Shown here: positions 28,210 through 37,470 of the stretch, piece by piece
Position numbering within the stretch: the first letter of the stretch is position 1
Layout of the letters: each line of letters starts with the position of its first letter
Source of the DNA: an uncultured Roseivirgaceae bacterium
GTDB taxonomy: Bacteria; Bacteroidota; Bacteroidia; Cytophagales; Cyclobacteriaceae
Direction of reading: 5' to 3'
DNA length: 64,000 nt
Assembly (NCBI GenBank): GCA_964597075.1
Contig: CAZQXC010000001.1
Location: 4,907-68,906, forward strand
Made by a program: the position numbers and the translations under genes
The notes under the pieces: generated by a model
Told to the model about the DNA's origin: nothing
The model's database searches: none
What the model saw: only the letters and a program-made list of their open reading frames with translations

Positions 28210-29601
28210 ATGTTTGAAGGATTAGCCAATGAAATAATCGCGCGTACCGCAGCCACATACCTGGCGGAGTCCATCATTGGCCTGGTTATCGCTGTTGCCT
28301 TTGTGTATTTCGGTAAGGTCTATCGCAGACCCTTCATGAAAACCTGGGCGCTCAGCTTTGGCTTTTTTGCACTGGCTACTTTTGCACTGGCATTTAGTAC
28401 CCTTTATGGATACTCAAAGAACGATGCGGTTCGGATTGTGGCATCCTTCCTCTCACAATATGGTATTTTCCTTCACGCATTCTTCTTACTTATTGGTTTG
28501 ATCGAAATTATTCGAAGGAAATCCTTCAAACAAAACTTTTTACTAGGAATGTCAGCCCTTATTGCAGGCATTTGTTTTCTTACCATTTGGGCCTACCATG
28601 ATACAGCAGGAACCGAAGGCGCGCTTAACCGGTATATGCTACGCGTGGGCCTTCGCTACTTCGTCATAACGGCAAGTTTTTTAGCGGCCGGGATTTTGGC
28701 ATTGAAAAGTGATGTATTTACCCGTGGCATTGGTCAACGGCTACTTGTTATTGCTTTCTTTTTGTATGGTCTTACATATGGCTATTATTTTATAGTCGCA
28801 CTCTATAATTTTTTAGGCAAGGAGTTTTCTTTTCCATTTTTCTTCGGCATGATTGAGTTGGTGCTGATTACCCTGGCGGGATTGGGCATGGTAGTGTGGT
28901 TGCTGGAGGATGAGCGCGAACGTCTCAATAAAATAAATAAAGAACTCGATAGCTTTATGTACAGCACTTCGCATGATTTACGCTCGCCTATTGCTTCTAT
29001 ATTAGGGATAACCAATGTGGCGCGACTTGAACTTACGGACGAAACTTCGTTACGCTACATGGGCATGATTGAAGAGCGGATCAAACGACTCGATTCCGTT
29101 ATCAGCGATATTCTTAAACTATCGCGAAGCAAAAAACTTGATCTTAAAATTGAAACCATCAACTTTAATGATCTGCTAAAAGACACAATCGCTGATGTTA
29201 AATTCAATCAAAACGCGCCATCCATTGAGCTTGATTACGTTGAAGATCCTTCTAATATTTTTAGATCCGATTATTCGCAAATGAAAATCATTCTTGGAAA
29301 TCTGATTTCCAACGCTGTTAAGTATCACAACATCAGTCAACCAAAGCCAATTATCCGTGTCACCTTTAAACGAATCGGAAGGACGGTGGAAATTATTGTG
29401 GAAGACAACGGACGTGGTATACTAAAAGAAGCCTTGCCGAAAATTTTTGAGATGTTCTACCGGGCCGAAACAAAAGTAGATGGTACAGGTCTTGGATTGT
29501 ACATTGTGAAAGAGGCTCTTTCTAAAATCAATGGAAGCGTTTCGGTAAAGTCGGAGTATGGTTCTGGCAGCACCTTCACGGTCACATTGGACAATACCTG
29601 A
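28210..29601 (+). CDS. Sensor histidine kinase with multi-TM N-terminal domain
   Basis: About 6-7 TM helices, H-box STSHDLRSP, N-box NLISNAVKY, and G-boxes DNGRGI and GTGLGL. No cognate response regulator lies adjacent. Confidence 0.85.
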   Translation: MFEGLANEIIARTAATYLAESIIGLVIAVAFVYFGKVYRRPFMKTWALSFGFFALATFALAFSTLYGYSKNDAVRIVASFLSQYGIFLHAFFLLIGLIEIIRRKSFKQNFLLGMSALIAGICFLTIWAYHDTAGTEGALNRYMLRVGLRYFVITASFLAAGILALKSDVFTRGIGQRLLVIAFFLYGLTYGYYFIVALYNFLGKEFSFPFFFGMIELVLITLAGLGMVVWLLEDERERLNKINKELDSFMYSTSHDLRSPIASILGITNVARLELTDETSLRYMGMIEERIKRLDSVISDILKLSRSKKLDLKIETINFNDLLKDTIADVKFNQNAPSIELDYVEDPSNIFRSDYSQMKIILGNLISNAVKYHNISQPKPIIRVTFKRIGRTVEIIVEDNGRGILKEALPKIFEMFYRAETKVDGTGLGLYIVKEALSKINGSVSVKSEYGSGSTFTVTLDNT

Positions 29602-29602
29602 C

Positions 29603-30985
29603 TTATTTGAAATGTTTTAACCGGATAATTTCCTCTGGCGTTAAAAATCTCCACTCACCACGTGGTAAATCTTTTTTGTCAAGGCCCGCATACACCGTGC
29701 GATCAAGTTTAACAACGCTATATTCCAGTCTTTCAAAAATTCTGCGCACAACTCTGTTCCATCCGATGTGTAATTCAATACCAACCGTTTTACTGTCATC
29801 CGAAACAATGGCCAGGTCATCAACCATGGCACGGCCTTCTTCTAACTGAATGCCGTCTAAAATTTTTTGAAAATCATTTTTAGCAAGTGGTCGGTCAAGC
29901 TCAACCTTGTAAATTTTCTTAACATTGTAAGAGGGGTGCGAAAGTTTATCCGCCAAATCACCATCGTTGGTAAACAGCAATAACCCTGTTGTATTTCGAT
30001 CCAATCGGCCAACCGGATAAACCCGTTCTTTTACCGCATTGCCAATAATGTGCATAACGGTATTGCGTTCCTGTGGATCTTTTGTGGTAGTGAGGTAGCC
30101 TTTTGGCTTATTCATTAAAACATAAACAGGCTTTTCTGCCCGAAGAACACGGCCTTCATAACGTACCTCATCACGTGCGCCAACCTGAAAGCCCATCTCA
30201 GTTATTACGTTACCGTTCACCGAAACCAAACCCATTTTAATCAACTCATCAGCTTCACGCCTGGAGCAGACACCACTGTTGGCGATGTACCGGTTCAGTC
30301 TGTACTTACCTGTCTGGCTATTTATAGTGGGTGTTTCTTCCTTTTTTGCCGAGTATTTTCTGGGCCTTACTCTTCCTGATGATTGTTTATTAAAAAATCC
30401 ACGAGGCTTAGATTCTCCCTCTTCACCCTTCCTGGGTGATTTTGCAGAAAAGCCTCCTCCTCCTGATTTTGTGAACTTCTTTTTGCGATCTCCGCGATCA
30501 TCGGGTTTGTCAAAGGCACGAGAGGTTCTTTTTCCGGGGTCTTTGTCAAATTTACGGAAGGGTGGTTTCGAATGATCTTTATCAGGCCTCGCTCTCTTCT
30601 CAACGGAATCATCTCCCGATCGCCTGGTGGATGAACCCTTATCAAATTTTCGAAAAGCAGGCTTTGTACTGTCCTTATCAAATCTCTTCTTTCCCTCAAA
30701 CGAACGTTCATCTGATTTTCTAAAAGAAGATCGCTTATCGAATTTTGATTTATCCTCAAATGGCTTTTCGTTTGAGCGCCTTGGTGATGAGCTCTTATCA
30801 AATTTTTTAAAAGGAGGTTTGCTGTCTTTATCGAATAATCGCTTACCCACAGAAGGCCCTTCGTCTGATCTGCGTGAAGACGTTTGCCTGGGCTTGCCAG
30901 AAGGCGTTGGTCTGCCGGATGAGCGCTCCTGACGTGAGGCACCTCGTTTCCCCCTTGAGGGTCCGGAAGAATCACGCTTGCGCAT
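29603..30985 (-). CDS. rluB: RluB/RsuA-family pseudouridine synthase with about 225-aa basic repeat N-terminal extension
   Basis: S4 domain (RLNRYIANSGVCSRREADELI) and catalytic motif PVGRLDRNTTGLLLFTNDG. The N-terminus is R/K/S/D-rich with repeated FDK units. Confidence 0.85.
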   Translation of the reverse strand: MRKRDSSGPSRGKRGASRQERSSGRPTPSGKPRQTSSRRSDEGPSVGKRLFDKDSKPPFKKFDKSSSPRRSNEKPFEDKSKFDKRSSFRKSDERSFEGKKRFDKDSTKPAFRKFDKGSSTRRSGDDSVEKRARPDKDHSKPPFRKFDKDPGKRTSRAFDKPDDRGDRKKKFTKSGGGGFSAKSPRKGEEGESKPRGFFNKQSSGRVRPRKYSAKKEETPTINSQTGKYRLNRYIANSGVCSRREADELIKMGLVSVNGNVITEMGFQVGARDEVRYEGRVLRAEKPVYVLMNKPKGYLTTTKDPQERNTVMHIIGNAVKERVYPVGRLDRNTTGLLLFTNDGDLADKLSHPSYNVKKIYKVELDRPLAKNDFQKILDGIQLEEGRAMVDDLAIVSDDSKTVGIELHIGWNRVVRRIFERLEYSVVKLDRTVYAGLDKKDLPRGEWRFLTPEEIIRLKHFK

Positions 30986-31556
30986 CGGAATCCTTTAAAT
31001 CGGTGCTTTCACCTATGATATTAATCTCGGTTGCAAAATCTTTCGGAACAGGCAGGTCGGTCAATTCATTAATCCCAAAGTACTCCATGAACTTTGAAGA
31101 AGTGCCATATAGCATTGGGCGTCCAATAGTTTCGCCCTTCCCTTTTATCTCGACTAATCCTTTATCCAATAATTTCTGAACAGCATAATCGCAGTTCACC
31201 CCACGAATATTTTCAATTTCGGTTTTTGAAATGGGTTGCTTGTAGGCAACAATGGCCAGCGTTTCCATGGCCGAAGTGGAGAGCCTCTTCTTTGACTGTT
31301 GCTTAAGCAGAATACCAATACTGGCTTGATAGGCCGGCTTGGTTAAAAATTGGTAGCCTCCATTCGCCTTGTTTAACTGAAAAGCGAATTCATCAGAAGC
31401 AAACTTTTCCTCCAGCCGGTTAATTGCATTGATGATGTCTTCTTCCGGAACATCGGCATTGAACATTTCCGAAAGACACGATTTTATATCAGCTACTTTA
31501 ACCGGAGTTGGCGAACAGAAAATTAATGCTTCAATATGGTTTTGAAGAAAGTCCAT
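30972..31556 (-). CDS. scpB: Segregation and condensation protein B
   Basis: ScpB pattern (IEALIF...P, GRPMLYGTS..F..YFG). It overlaps the rluB start by 14 nt. Confidence 0.85.
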   Translation of the reverse strand: MDFLQNHIEALIFCSPTPVKVADIKSCLSEMFNADVPEEDIINAINRLEEKFASDEFAFQLNKANGGYQFLTKPAYQASIGILLKQQSKKRLSTSAMETLAIVAYKQPISKTEIENIRGVNCDYAVQKLLDKGLVEIKGKGETIGRPMLYGTSSKFMEYFGINELTDLPVPKDFATEINIIGESTDLKDSDAQA

Positions 31557-31558
31557 GC

Positions 31559-32254
31559 TTAGTCCTTCTTCATCATTTTAGCCTCAATGGATTGTGTGGT
31601 GTGTGGCACAGCAATCAGGCGCTCTTTCGGAATTAATTTTCCGGTTACCGAGCAAATACCATACGTTCCATTCTTGATGCGCACCAACGCGTTTTCAAGA
31701 TTGGTGATGTACTTCTGTTGACGCGCAGCAAGCTGACTTAAATTTTCTTTCTCTGCAGTCTCTGCGCCATCTTCCAATACTTTTGTGTTTCCACCTGAGG
31801 TTGCGTCAGTTCCCTCATCGTTGTTACGATTAAGTGTTTCTTTCAGAATTTTATATTCACTACGAGCCTTATCAAGCTTTCCAAAAATCAACGCTTCAAA
31901 CTCTTTAAGCTCTTCTTCAGAGTAACGCGTTTTATCATCTGATACGGTTATCTTTTTTGCTGGTTTATGTGCGATCGGCCGCTGTGTTAGCGGAGGGAAA
32001 AAGGTAGGGTTAAGCATCACGGGCTTATCGACCGGCTTAGCAACCACAACCTTCTTGGGTGCGATTGCCTTTTTCTTAACAGGTTTTGCAAGTACTTTTT
32101 TGACGGCTTTCTTCGCTACCGGCTTAGCAGCTTTTTTAGGAGCTGGTTTTTTGGCTGCTTTTTTGGCTTTTGCAGGTGCTGCCTTCTTTGTTTTAGCTTT
32201 TGACTTAGCCGTTGATTTCTTAGCTGATTTGGCTGATTTCTTTGCTTTTGCCAT
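31559..32254 (-). CDS. DksA/TraR-family protein with N-terminal histone-H1-like Lys/Ala-rich tail
   Basis: The C-terminus carries the DksA coiled-coil plus a finger region, GTYGICSVTG..x17..SIEA, with only 1 of the 4 canonical Cys. The N-terminal ~78 aa are AKAKKSAKSAKK...KKAAKKPAPKKAAKP. Confidence 0.75.
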   Translation of the reverse strand: MAKAKKSAKSAKKSTAKSKAKTKKAAPAKAKKAAKKPAPKKAAKPVAKKAVKKVLAKPVKKKAIAPKKVVVAKPVDKPVMLNPTFFPPLTQRPIAHKPAKKITVSDDKTRYSEEELKEFEALIFGKLDKARSEYKILKETLNRNNDEGTDATSGGNTKVLEDGAETAEKENLSQLAARQQKYITNLENALVRIKNGTYGICSVTGKLIPKERLIAVPHTTQSIEAKMMKKD

Positions 32255-32385
32255 AATTGTCCCTGTTTAAAAAGTTGCGTCCGCCAGGATGAAGCTCCGT
32301 TTCGGACGGGCAAAAATACAGGGTGGGGGGTAAAACAAAAAATATAGCAGGCTTTATTACCTAACGCCCTGTTTACCATGAGTTG

Positions 32386-35052
32386 TTAATTGCGTACAGC
32401 AATCACAACACGCTTTCGGTACGTCTCTACTATCCCTGTATTATCGAACAATTCAAACCATACTAAATAAAATCCAGGGCTTGCTTTCGTGCCGTCATCG
32501 CGGTCGCCATCCCAGCGAAAAAATCCTTCTATCGCAAGCGTTTGGTTGTTGGCAAGCTGCTTTATCTCACGACCTTGTTGATCCAGAATTTTGATGTTGG
32601 CCACTCGTCCGCCTTGATCAAAGGTATACCGAATCTCCGTAAAATCAGGCTGACCGTATACTGGAACAAAAATTTCGGGCTCAATTTTCACTTCGCCCAA
32701 AACCGTATTAACATTACCTGCATTTGAATTGGCATAGCCCGGTGTAGCAAAACCTTCTGTAGAGGCTGCAGATTTCCAATTGTTGGGATCCATGCTGTCA
32801 CCTTCAGGATAAATACGCTCCAGCGAAACACCCTCCTTGTCGCGCAGAAAAACAGAGTGATAACTTTGATTGTATTGAAAGTTATCGATGAGAACGTTTG
32901 ATTCGTTAAGCAGACTTGCAGAACCCTCGTTATCGGGAAAGGAGGGTAAAGCAGAAATATTAACCACATTCCCTTGTGAAGATTTTGGATAGTGCGAACG
33001 AATCGTAGCTGCATCAGTTGTAAACGCCAGGATTTCTGATGGAGGCAACAACAAATCCTCCGTTGTAACGACTTTCAGATTGGTGGGTCCTCCGCTTTCA
33101 AAATTTCCAATCTGCCAGTTCTTTAGGTTTATAAACTTTTTCGACTGATTATGGATTTCAATAAAGTCAACGCCAAATGGTCGTGGGTTAAAAAGCAATT
33201 CATTAATAATTACATCGCCTTGTTGTGCGTCCTCAGGAAAACCAAAACTCACCGACCTGAAATTTTCTTGTATCAGGTTTCCACTGCAATCGCGGATATT
33301 TGTAACGGTAACCGTATACGCTTGCTGGGGGGAAACTGGGTTGAGTAATTCTAAAAGAAATTCTCTCAAACCATTTGAAGCAAAAGAGAGTGAGACTATG
33401 CCAACAGCAGGTGAAATGGCAAAGTTTGACTCCGCAGGGAGAACTGATTCCAGTTTTTCGTTAAAACCAATTTTTAGTTGCGTGGGTGAGGTGGGAATGG
33501 CATATACCAATTTCGGTCCTGTAAGATCAGGCTTTGATGCATTGACGGAATTTTCTTTTCCAGGAGTTCCTCCTGTAGGATTTTCCGAGGCCACCCAGTT
33601 TTCTTCTTCCGCGCATATATTGGCTATATCAATTAACTCTAATGTCCAACCACCTTGTCGTTTATCATCGTCTTTGTACCAGGCGTCTGTATAATCCACA
33701 TAATCAATCACTTCATTGCCCGAATCACGCAGTATCAGATTGTCGCCACTGTTATTCAGTGTTGGAAAATTTGAAACGCCAATAACTGATCCGAAAGCTG
33801 AGAATAAAGGAGCCGATGCATTTGGGGTAATAATAACAAAACTGCCCGGCTGCAAGATAAAGTTTGGTAACGTGGTGGTTGACGATGGATCGGAAAATTT
33901 CCACCCCGCCAGGTTAACCGGGTTGTTGCTGCGGTTGTATAACTCAACAAACTCAGCTTCCGGTAAACCAATAACCGGATTAGGGTCTGGAAACAATTCT
34001 GTAAAAATCACATCTTTAATTTGAATGGGCATGGGTTGAAAAAATAAAAAATCTGACGTAGCCAAGGTTATCGCATTACCCGCTACATCCTCCACATTAA
34101 CTACGGAAAGCTGGTTGGTAATACCGTTGGAGAAAGGATTGGCAAAGGTTAGCCGAACGGTTCGCTCATCAATCTGCCGAATAGCTGTTTGAGGCTGACC
34201 TACTCCATTATCAACGGTATAGTTTGCTAGTGTTTGCGCTGTGGTCTGGTCGATTTTCTCATTAAAAAAAACATCCAGTGTATTTGCATTTAGTGCATGT
34301 AGCGAGAGAATTGTCGGTGGTTCGGTATCCTGAACAATATCGCCTGCATAAAAGTCATCGAAATAGTGTCGGTTAAAAAATGTGGCTGTGGACTGTATAA
34401 TGCGAATTCCAAAATAGTTTCCGGTAGAAAAGGTATTATCTGTAATGGAAGGTTCATCACTAAAATTATTCCCGGTGCCGGTATTGTCGTAAGCGAGCGT
34501 CCACCGGTTGGCCGCATCACGCACGACTTTAATCCGTAAGACATTATTTGAAAAGTTGGTTACACCATCTGTACCGTTGATAAGGATAGAGGCTATGCCG
34601 CCCGAGATTTTGTAAAGACTTACTTCGTCTGTGGTTCCTCCAATACGCACAAAATAGCCGTTGTTGCCTGGAGCGTTCAGGTTCTGGATGGCGGAAACCA
34701 GGTAAACGTCAACATAGTTGGCACCTGAGGTGTTAAACTGAAGATTAACAAAAAAATCCCATTGGGCTTCGGTTACTTTAGTGGACGGTGTAGATATCCA
34801 AAACGAAGAGCTTGCCAAGGAGGAGTTGGAACGAAGTTGGCCATTGTCGACTATCCAGTTGTTCGGGTTGTCCGGTGTCCAGACGGGGTTTTGGGTGTAG
34901 TCACCATCGGAAAAGTTGTCTGAAAACTGGGCGAAGCATACCTGGCTTACTGTTAAGACCGCAAAAAGAGCAAGTCTTTTAAACGTCAGCAATCGTGTGC
35001 AGGGCGCAAGAGGAATTTTATTCGTTACATCCATAGTTATGCCTGTAATCAA
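32386..35052 (-). CDS. Large secreted lamin-tail-domain (LTD) surface protein
   Basis: Signal peptide (LALFAVLTVSQVCFAQ) and two LTD-like segments (IFTELFPDPNP..EFVELYNRSNNPVNLAGWKF; IINELLFNPRP..FIEIHNQSKKFINLKNWQI). The start is uncertain (35052 or 35034). Confidence 0.65.
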   Translation of the reverse strand: MITGITMDVTNKIPLAPCTRLLTFKRLALFAVLTVSQVCFAQFSDNFSDGDYTQNPVWTPDNPNNWIVDNGQLRSNSSLASSSFWISTPSTKVTEAQWDFFVNLQFNTSGANYVDVYLVSAIQNLNAPGNNGYFVRIGGTTDEVSLYKISGGIASILINGTDGVTNFSNNVLRIKVVRDAANRWTLAYDNTGTGNNFSDEPSITDNTFSTGNYFGIRIIQSTATFFNRHYFDDFYAGDIVQDTEPPTILSLHALNANTLDVFFNEKIDQTTAQTLANYTVDNGVGQPQTAIRQIDERTVRLTFANPFSNGITNQLSVVNVEDVAGNAITLATSDFLFFQPMPIQIKDVIFTELFPDPNPVIGLPEAEFVELYNRSNNPVNLAGWKFSDPSSTTTLPNFILQPGSFVIITPNASAPLFSAFGSVIGVSNFPTLNNSGDNLILRDSGNEVIDYVDYTDAWYKDDDKRQGGWTLELIDIANICAEEENWVASENPTGGTPGKENSVNASKPDLTGPKLVYAIPTSPTQLKIGFNEKLESVLPAESNFAISPAVGIVSLSFASNGLREFLLELLNPVSPQQAYTVTVTNIRDCSGNLIQENFRSVSFGFPEDAQQGDVIINELLFNPRPFGVDFIEIHNQSKKFINLKNWQIGNFESGGPTNLKVVTTEDLLLPPSEILAFTTDAATIRSHYPKSSQGNVVNISALPSFPDNEGSASLLNESNVLIDNFQYNQSYHSVFLRDKEGVSLERIYPEGDSMDPNNWKSAASTEGFATPGYANSNAGNVNTVLGEVKIEPEIFVPVYGQPDFTEIRYTFDQGGRVANIKILDQQGREIKQLANNQTLAIEGFFRWDGDRDDGTKASPGFYLVWFELFDNTGIVETYRKRVVIAVRN

Positions 35053-35120
35053 AAATACTATTTTTGCGCGTCCGTTCCGGAATGGGAACGAAGTTTGGTT
35101 TTAAACAATTTAACAATAAA

Positions 35121-36113
35121 ATGAAGTTAGCTATTGTGGGGGCCACCGGATTGGTTGGTCAGGAAATTTTAAAAGTAATTGAAGAAAGAAGCTTTCCGTT
35201 TGACGAATTGTACTTAGTGGCCTCAGCCAAGTCCGTTGGCCAAAGTACGACCTTTAAAGACAAGGAGTATATCATCAAAAGCATTGAAGAGGCTTGTAAG
35301 TTAGCACCTGATATGGCCATTTTTTCAGCAGGTGGAGGCACTTCGCTTGAGTGGGCTCCTCGTTTTGCCGAAATGGGCAGCATCGTTATCGATAATTCTT
35401 CTGCCTGGCGCATGGATCCAACTAAAAAGTTAATTGTACCGGAGATTAACGGACAGGAGCTAACCGCAGACGATCGTATTATCGCCAACCCGAATTGTTC
35501 CACCATTCAAATGGTAATGGCACTGGCTCCTTTACATGCCAAATACAAACTAAAGCGTATTGTTGTTTCCACCTATCAATCCGTAACCGGAACGGGAAAG
35601 GATGCGGTACAGCAACTTCAAAATGAACGGGCTGGTGTTGAAGGTCATAAAGTGTATCCACACAATATTGATATGAATGCTTTGCCACACATCGATATGT
35701 TTTTGGATAATGGTTACACCAAAGAAGAAATGAAAATGGTAAGCGAAACCCGTAAAATTCTGGGTAATCAAACCATTGGCATTACCTCAACTACTGTGCG
35801 CGTACCAACCCTTGGTGGTCACGCTGAAGCTGTGAACGCAGAGTTTCATCATGACTTCACCTGCAGCGAGGCGCGTTCTATCTTAGCCAATACACCCGGT
35901 ATTATAGTGCAGGATGATCCGAAGAACAATGTTTACCCAATGCCGGTGAACGCTCAAGGCCGTGATGAGGTCTTTGTTGGCCGGATTCGCAGAGATGAAT
36001 CACAGCCAAACACACTAAACCTGTGGATTGTTGCCGATAATCTTCGCAAGGGCGCGGCAACCAATGCCGTTCAAATTGCTGAGTTTATGCTGGAGAAGAG
36101 TTTGGTATACTGA
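35121..36113 (+). CDS. asd: Aspartate-semialdehyde dehydrogenase
   Basis: The start is re-picked to the ATG at 35121 (MKLAIVGATGLVGQ). The active-site context is ANPNCSTIQ. Confidence 0.95.
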   Translation: MKLAIVGATGLVGQEILKVIEERSFPFDELYLVASAKSVGQSTTFKDKEYIIKSIEEACKLAPDMAIFSAGGGTSLEWAPRFAEMGSIVIDNSSAWRMDPTKKLIVPEINGQELTADDRIIANPNCSTIQMVMALAPLHAKYKLKRIVVSTYQSVTGTGKDAVQQLQNERAGVEGHKVYPHNIDMNALPHIDMFLDNGYTKEEMKMVSETRKILGNQTIGITSTTVRVPTLGGHAEAVNAEFHHDFTCSEARSILANTPGIIVQDDPKNNVYPMPVNAQGRDEVFVGRIRRDESQPNTLNLWIVADNLRKGAATNAVQIAEFMLEKSLVY

Positions 36114-36137
36114 CTAGAATTATAATGGAGGTTTTGT

Positions 36138-36169
36138 AAGCCGGGTTTATGTTCCGGCTTTTATTTTTT
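36138..36169 (+). terminator. Rho-independent terminator after asd
   Basis: AAGCCGG-gtttatgtt-CCGGCTT followed by a T-run. It overlaps the 3' end of the convergent gene. Confidence 0.55.
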
Positions 36170-37382
36170 CAGCTATGTGCTTTGCCGCAGTCCACGCTGT
36201 GGTCCAGGCCGATTGAAAATTAAAGCCCCCGGTTTCACCATCAATGTTCAGCACTTCGCCTGCGAAATGCAGATTGGGGATTAGTCTGCTCTCCATTGTT
36301 TCTAAATTAATTTCATTCAGATCAACCCCTCCACAGGTTACAAACTCTTCTTTGAAGGTTGTTTTGCCACGCATCTGAAACGGACATCGGATCAATAGTT
36401 CAATTAATTTATTGAGGTTTCGTTTGCTGAGTTCTCCCCAAATCTTCTCGTTTTCGATCTCAGCCTCCGCGCAAAGTTTAATCCATAATCGTTGAGGAAG
36501 TTGAAACAATGGATTACCAAATACGCTGAGTTTGGGTCTTGCTTGCTTGATCAACAGAAGTTCTTCGCGAATATCTTCCTCCTTCCTGTTGCCGACCCAA
36601 CTCACCAATGCAATGAACTCATAATTCACCTGGTGAAGCCACTCGGCAGCCCACGCTGAAAGCTTGATAACTGCAGGGCCGCTTAGTCCCCAGTGGGTGA
36701 TTAGCACGGGGCCGTCCTGAAAAAATTTTGTCCCGGCAATGCGAACAACGCCCCGATCAACGGCTACGCCCATTAATTCTGCAAAACGCTTTGCTGAATC
36801 ATTGAAAGTAAATAATGAGGGAACCAGGGGAGTAATGGTGTGACCTGTTTCTTCTATCCAACTATAGGCACTTCGCTGGGGATGTCCGCCCATCGCGACT
36901 AACACATTCTTAACGCTTAGTACACGACCAAGGTTGGTGCTTATTTTTAAACCTTCGTTTACCCTTTCAATTTTAGTAACGGCCTCATTTAGTTTAATCT
37001 CAATGTTATAACGCTTTGCTTGCTCCAAAAAACAATCGATAATGGTTTGCGAAGAATTGGTTGAAGGAAACATGCGGCCATCCGCCTCTACGTTTATTGT
37101 AATACCCCTGCTCTCAAACCAGTTCACAACATCTTTAGCCTGAAATTTTTGAAAAAGTGCCCGCAGTACTTTTTCGCCTCTTGGATAGTGTTGTGCCAAT
37201 GCTTTTGCATTGAATTCGTGATGCGTAACATTACAGCGACCTCCACCAGAAACCTTTACTTTCGAGAGCAGTTTTCCGGATTTTTCAAGGATCGTAATTT
37301 TTAAGCCCGGAAATCGCTCCGCAGCTTGAATCGCCCCAAAGAAACCGGCCGCACCGCCACCCACTACGAGTAAATCATACAT
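36147..37382 (-). CDS. HI0933/BaiN-family NAD(P)/FAD-dependent oxidoreductase
   Basis: N-terminal DLLVVGGGAAGFFGA...LEK and a family-typical GGRCNVTH. Confidence 0.85.
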   Translation of the reverse strand: MYDLLVVGGGAAGFFGAIQAAERFPGLKITILEKSGKLLSKVKVSGGGRCNVTHHEFNAKALAQHYPRGEKVLRALFQKFQAKDVVNWFESRGITINVEADGRMFPSTNSSQTIIDCFLEQAKRYNIEIKLNEAVTKIERVNEGLKISTNLGRVLSVKNVLVAMGGHPQRSAYSWIEETGHTITPLVPSLFTFNDSAKRFAELMGVAVDRGVVRIAGTKFFQDGPVLITHWGLSGPAVIKLSAWAAEWLHQVNYEFIALVSWVGNRKEEDIREELLLIKQARPKLSVFGNPLFQLPQRLWIKLCAEAEIENEKIWGELSKRNLNKLIELLIRCPFQMRGKTTFKEEFVTCGGVDLNEINLETMESRLIPNLHFAGEVLNIDGETGGFNFQSAWTTAWTAAKHIAEKIKAGT

Positions 37383-37470
37383 AATTGTGCAAAATACAAA
37401 TCATAGGATTTAGCTATCAGATACTTGCTAACTTTCCGGCAGGTTTTTATTCATCAACCTTTTTCTGCTC

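Noticed and set aside
30279-30975. Several long ORFs in other frames and on the other strand lie within the 5' third of rluB (30279..30575+, 30367..30975-, 30627..30932+, 30874..31179+).
   Set aside because: They are artefacts of the repetitive, compositionally biased DNA encoding the basic repeat tail. None has a start context or recognisable domain, and all are nested in one coherent CDS.
35053-35120. Gene-strand polarity switches: 15 of 17 genes lie on the minus strand between 15.6 and 35.0 kb, then 18 of 22 lie on the plus strand from 35.1 to 61.3 kb. This resembles divergence from a replication origin.
   Set aside because: A second switch, from plus to minus, occurs at about 15.5 kb. 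The pattern is therefore a 20-kb minus-strand block between plus blocks, which fits operon blocks or an old inversion as well as an origin. The 35-kb gap is under 90 nt and has no origin features.
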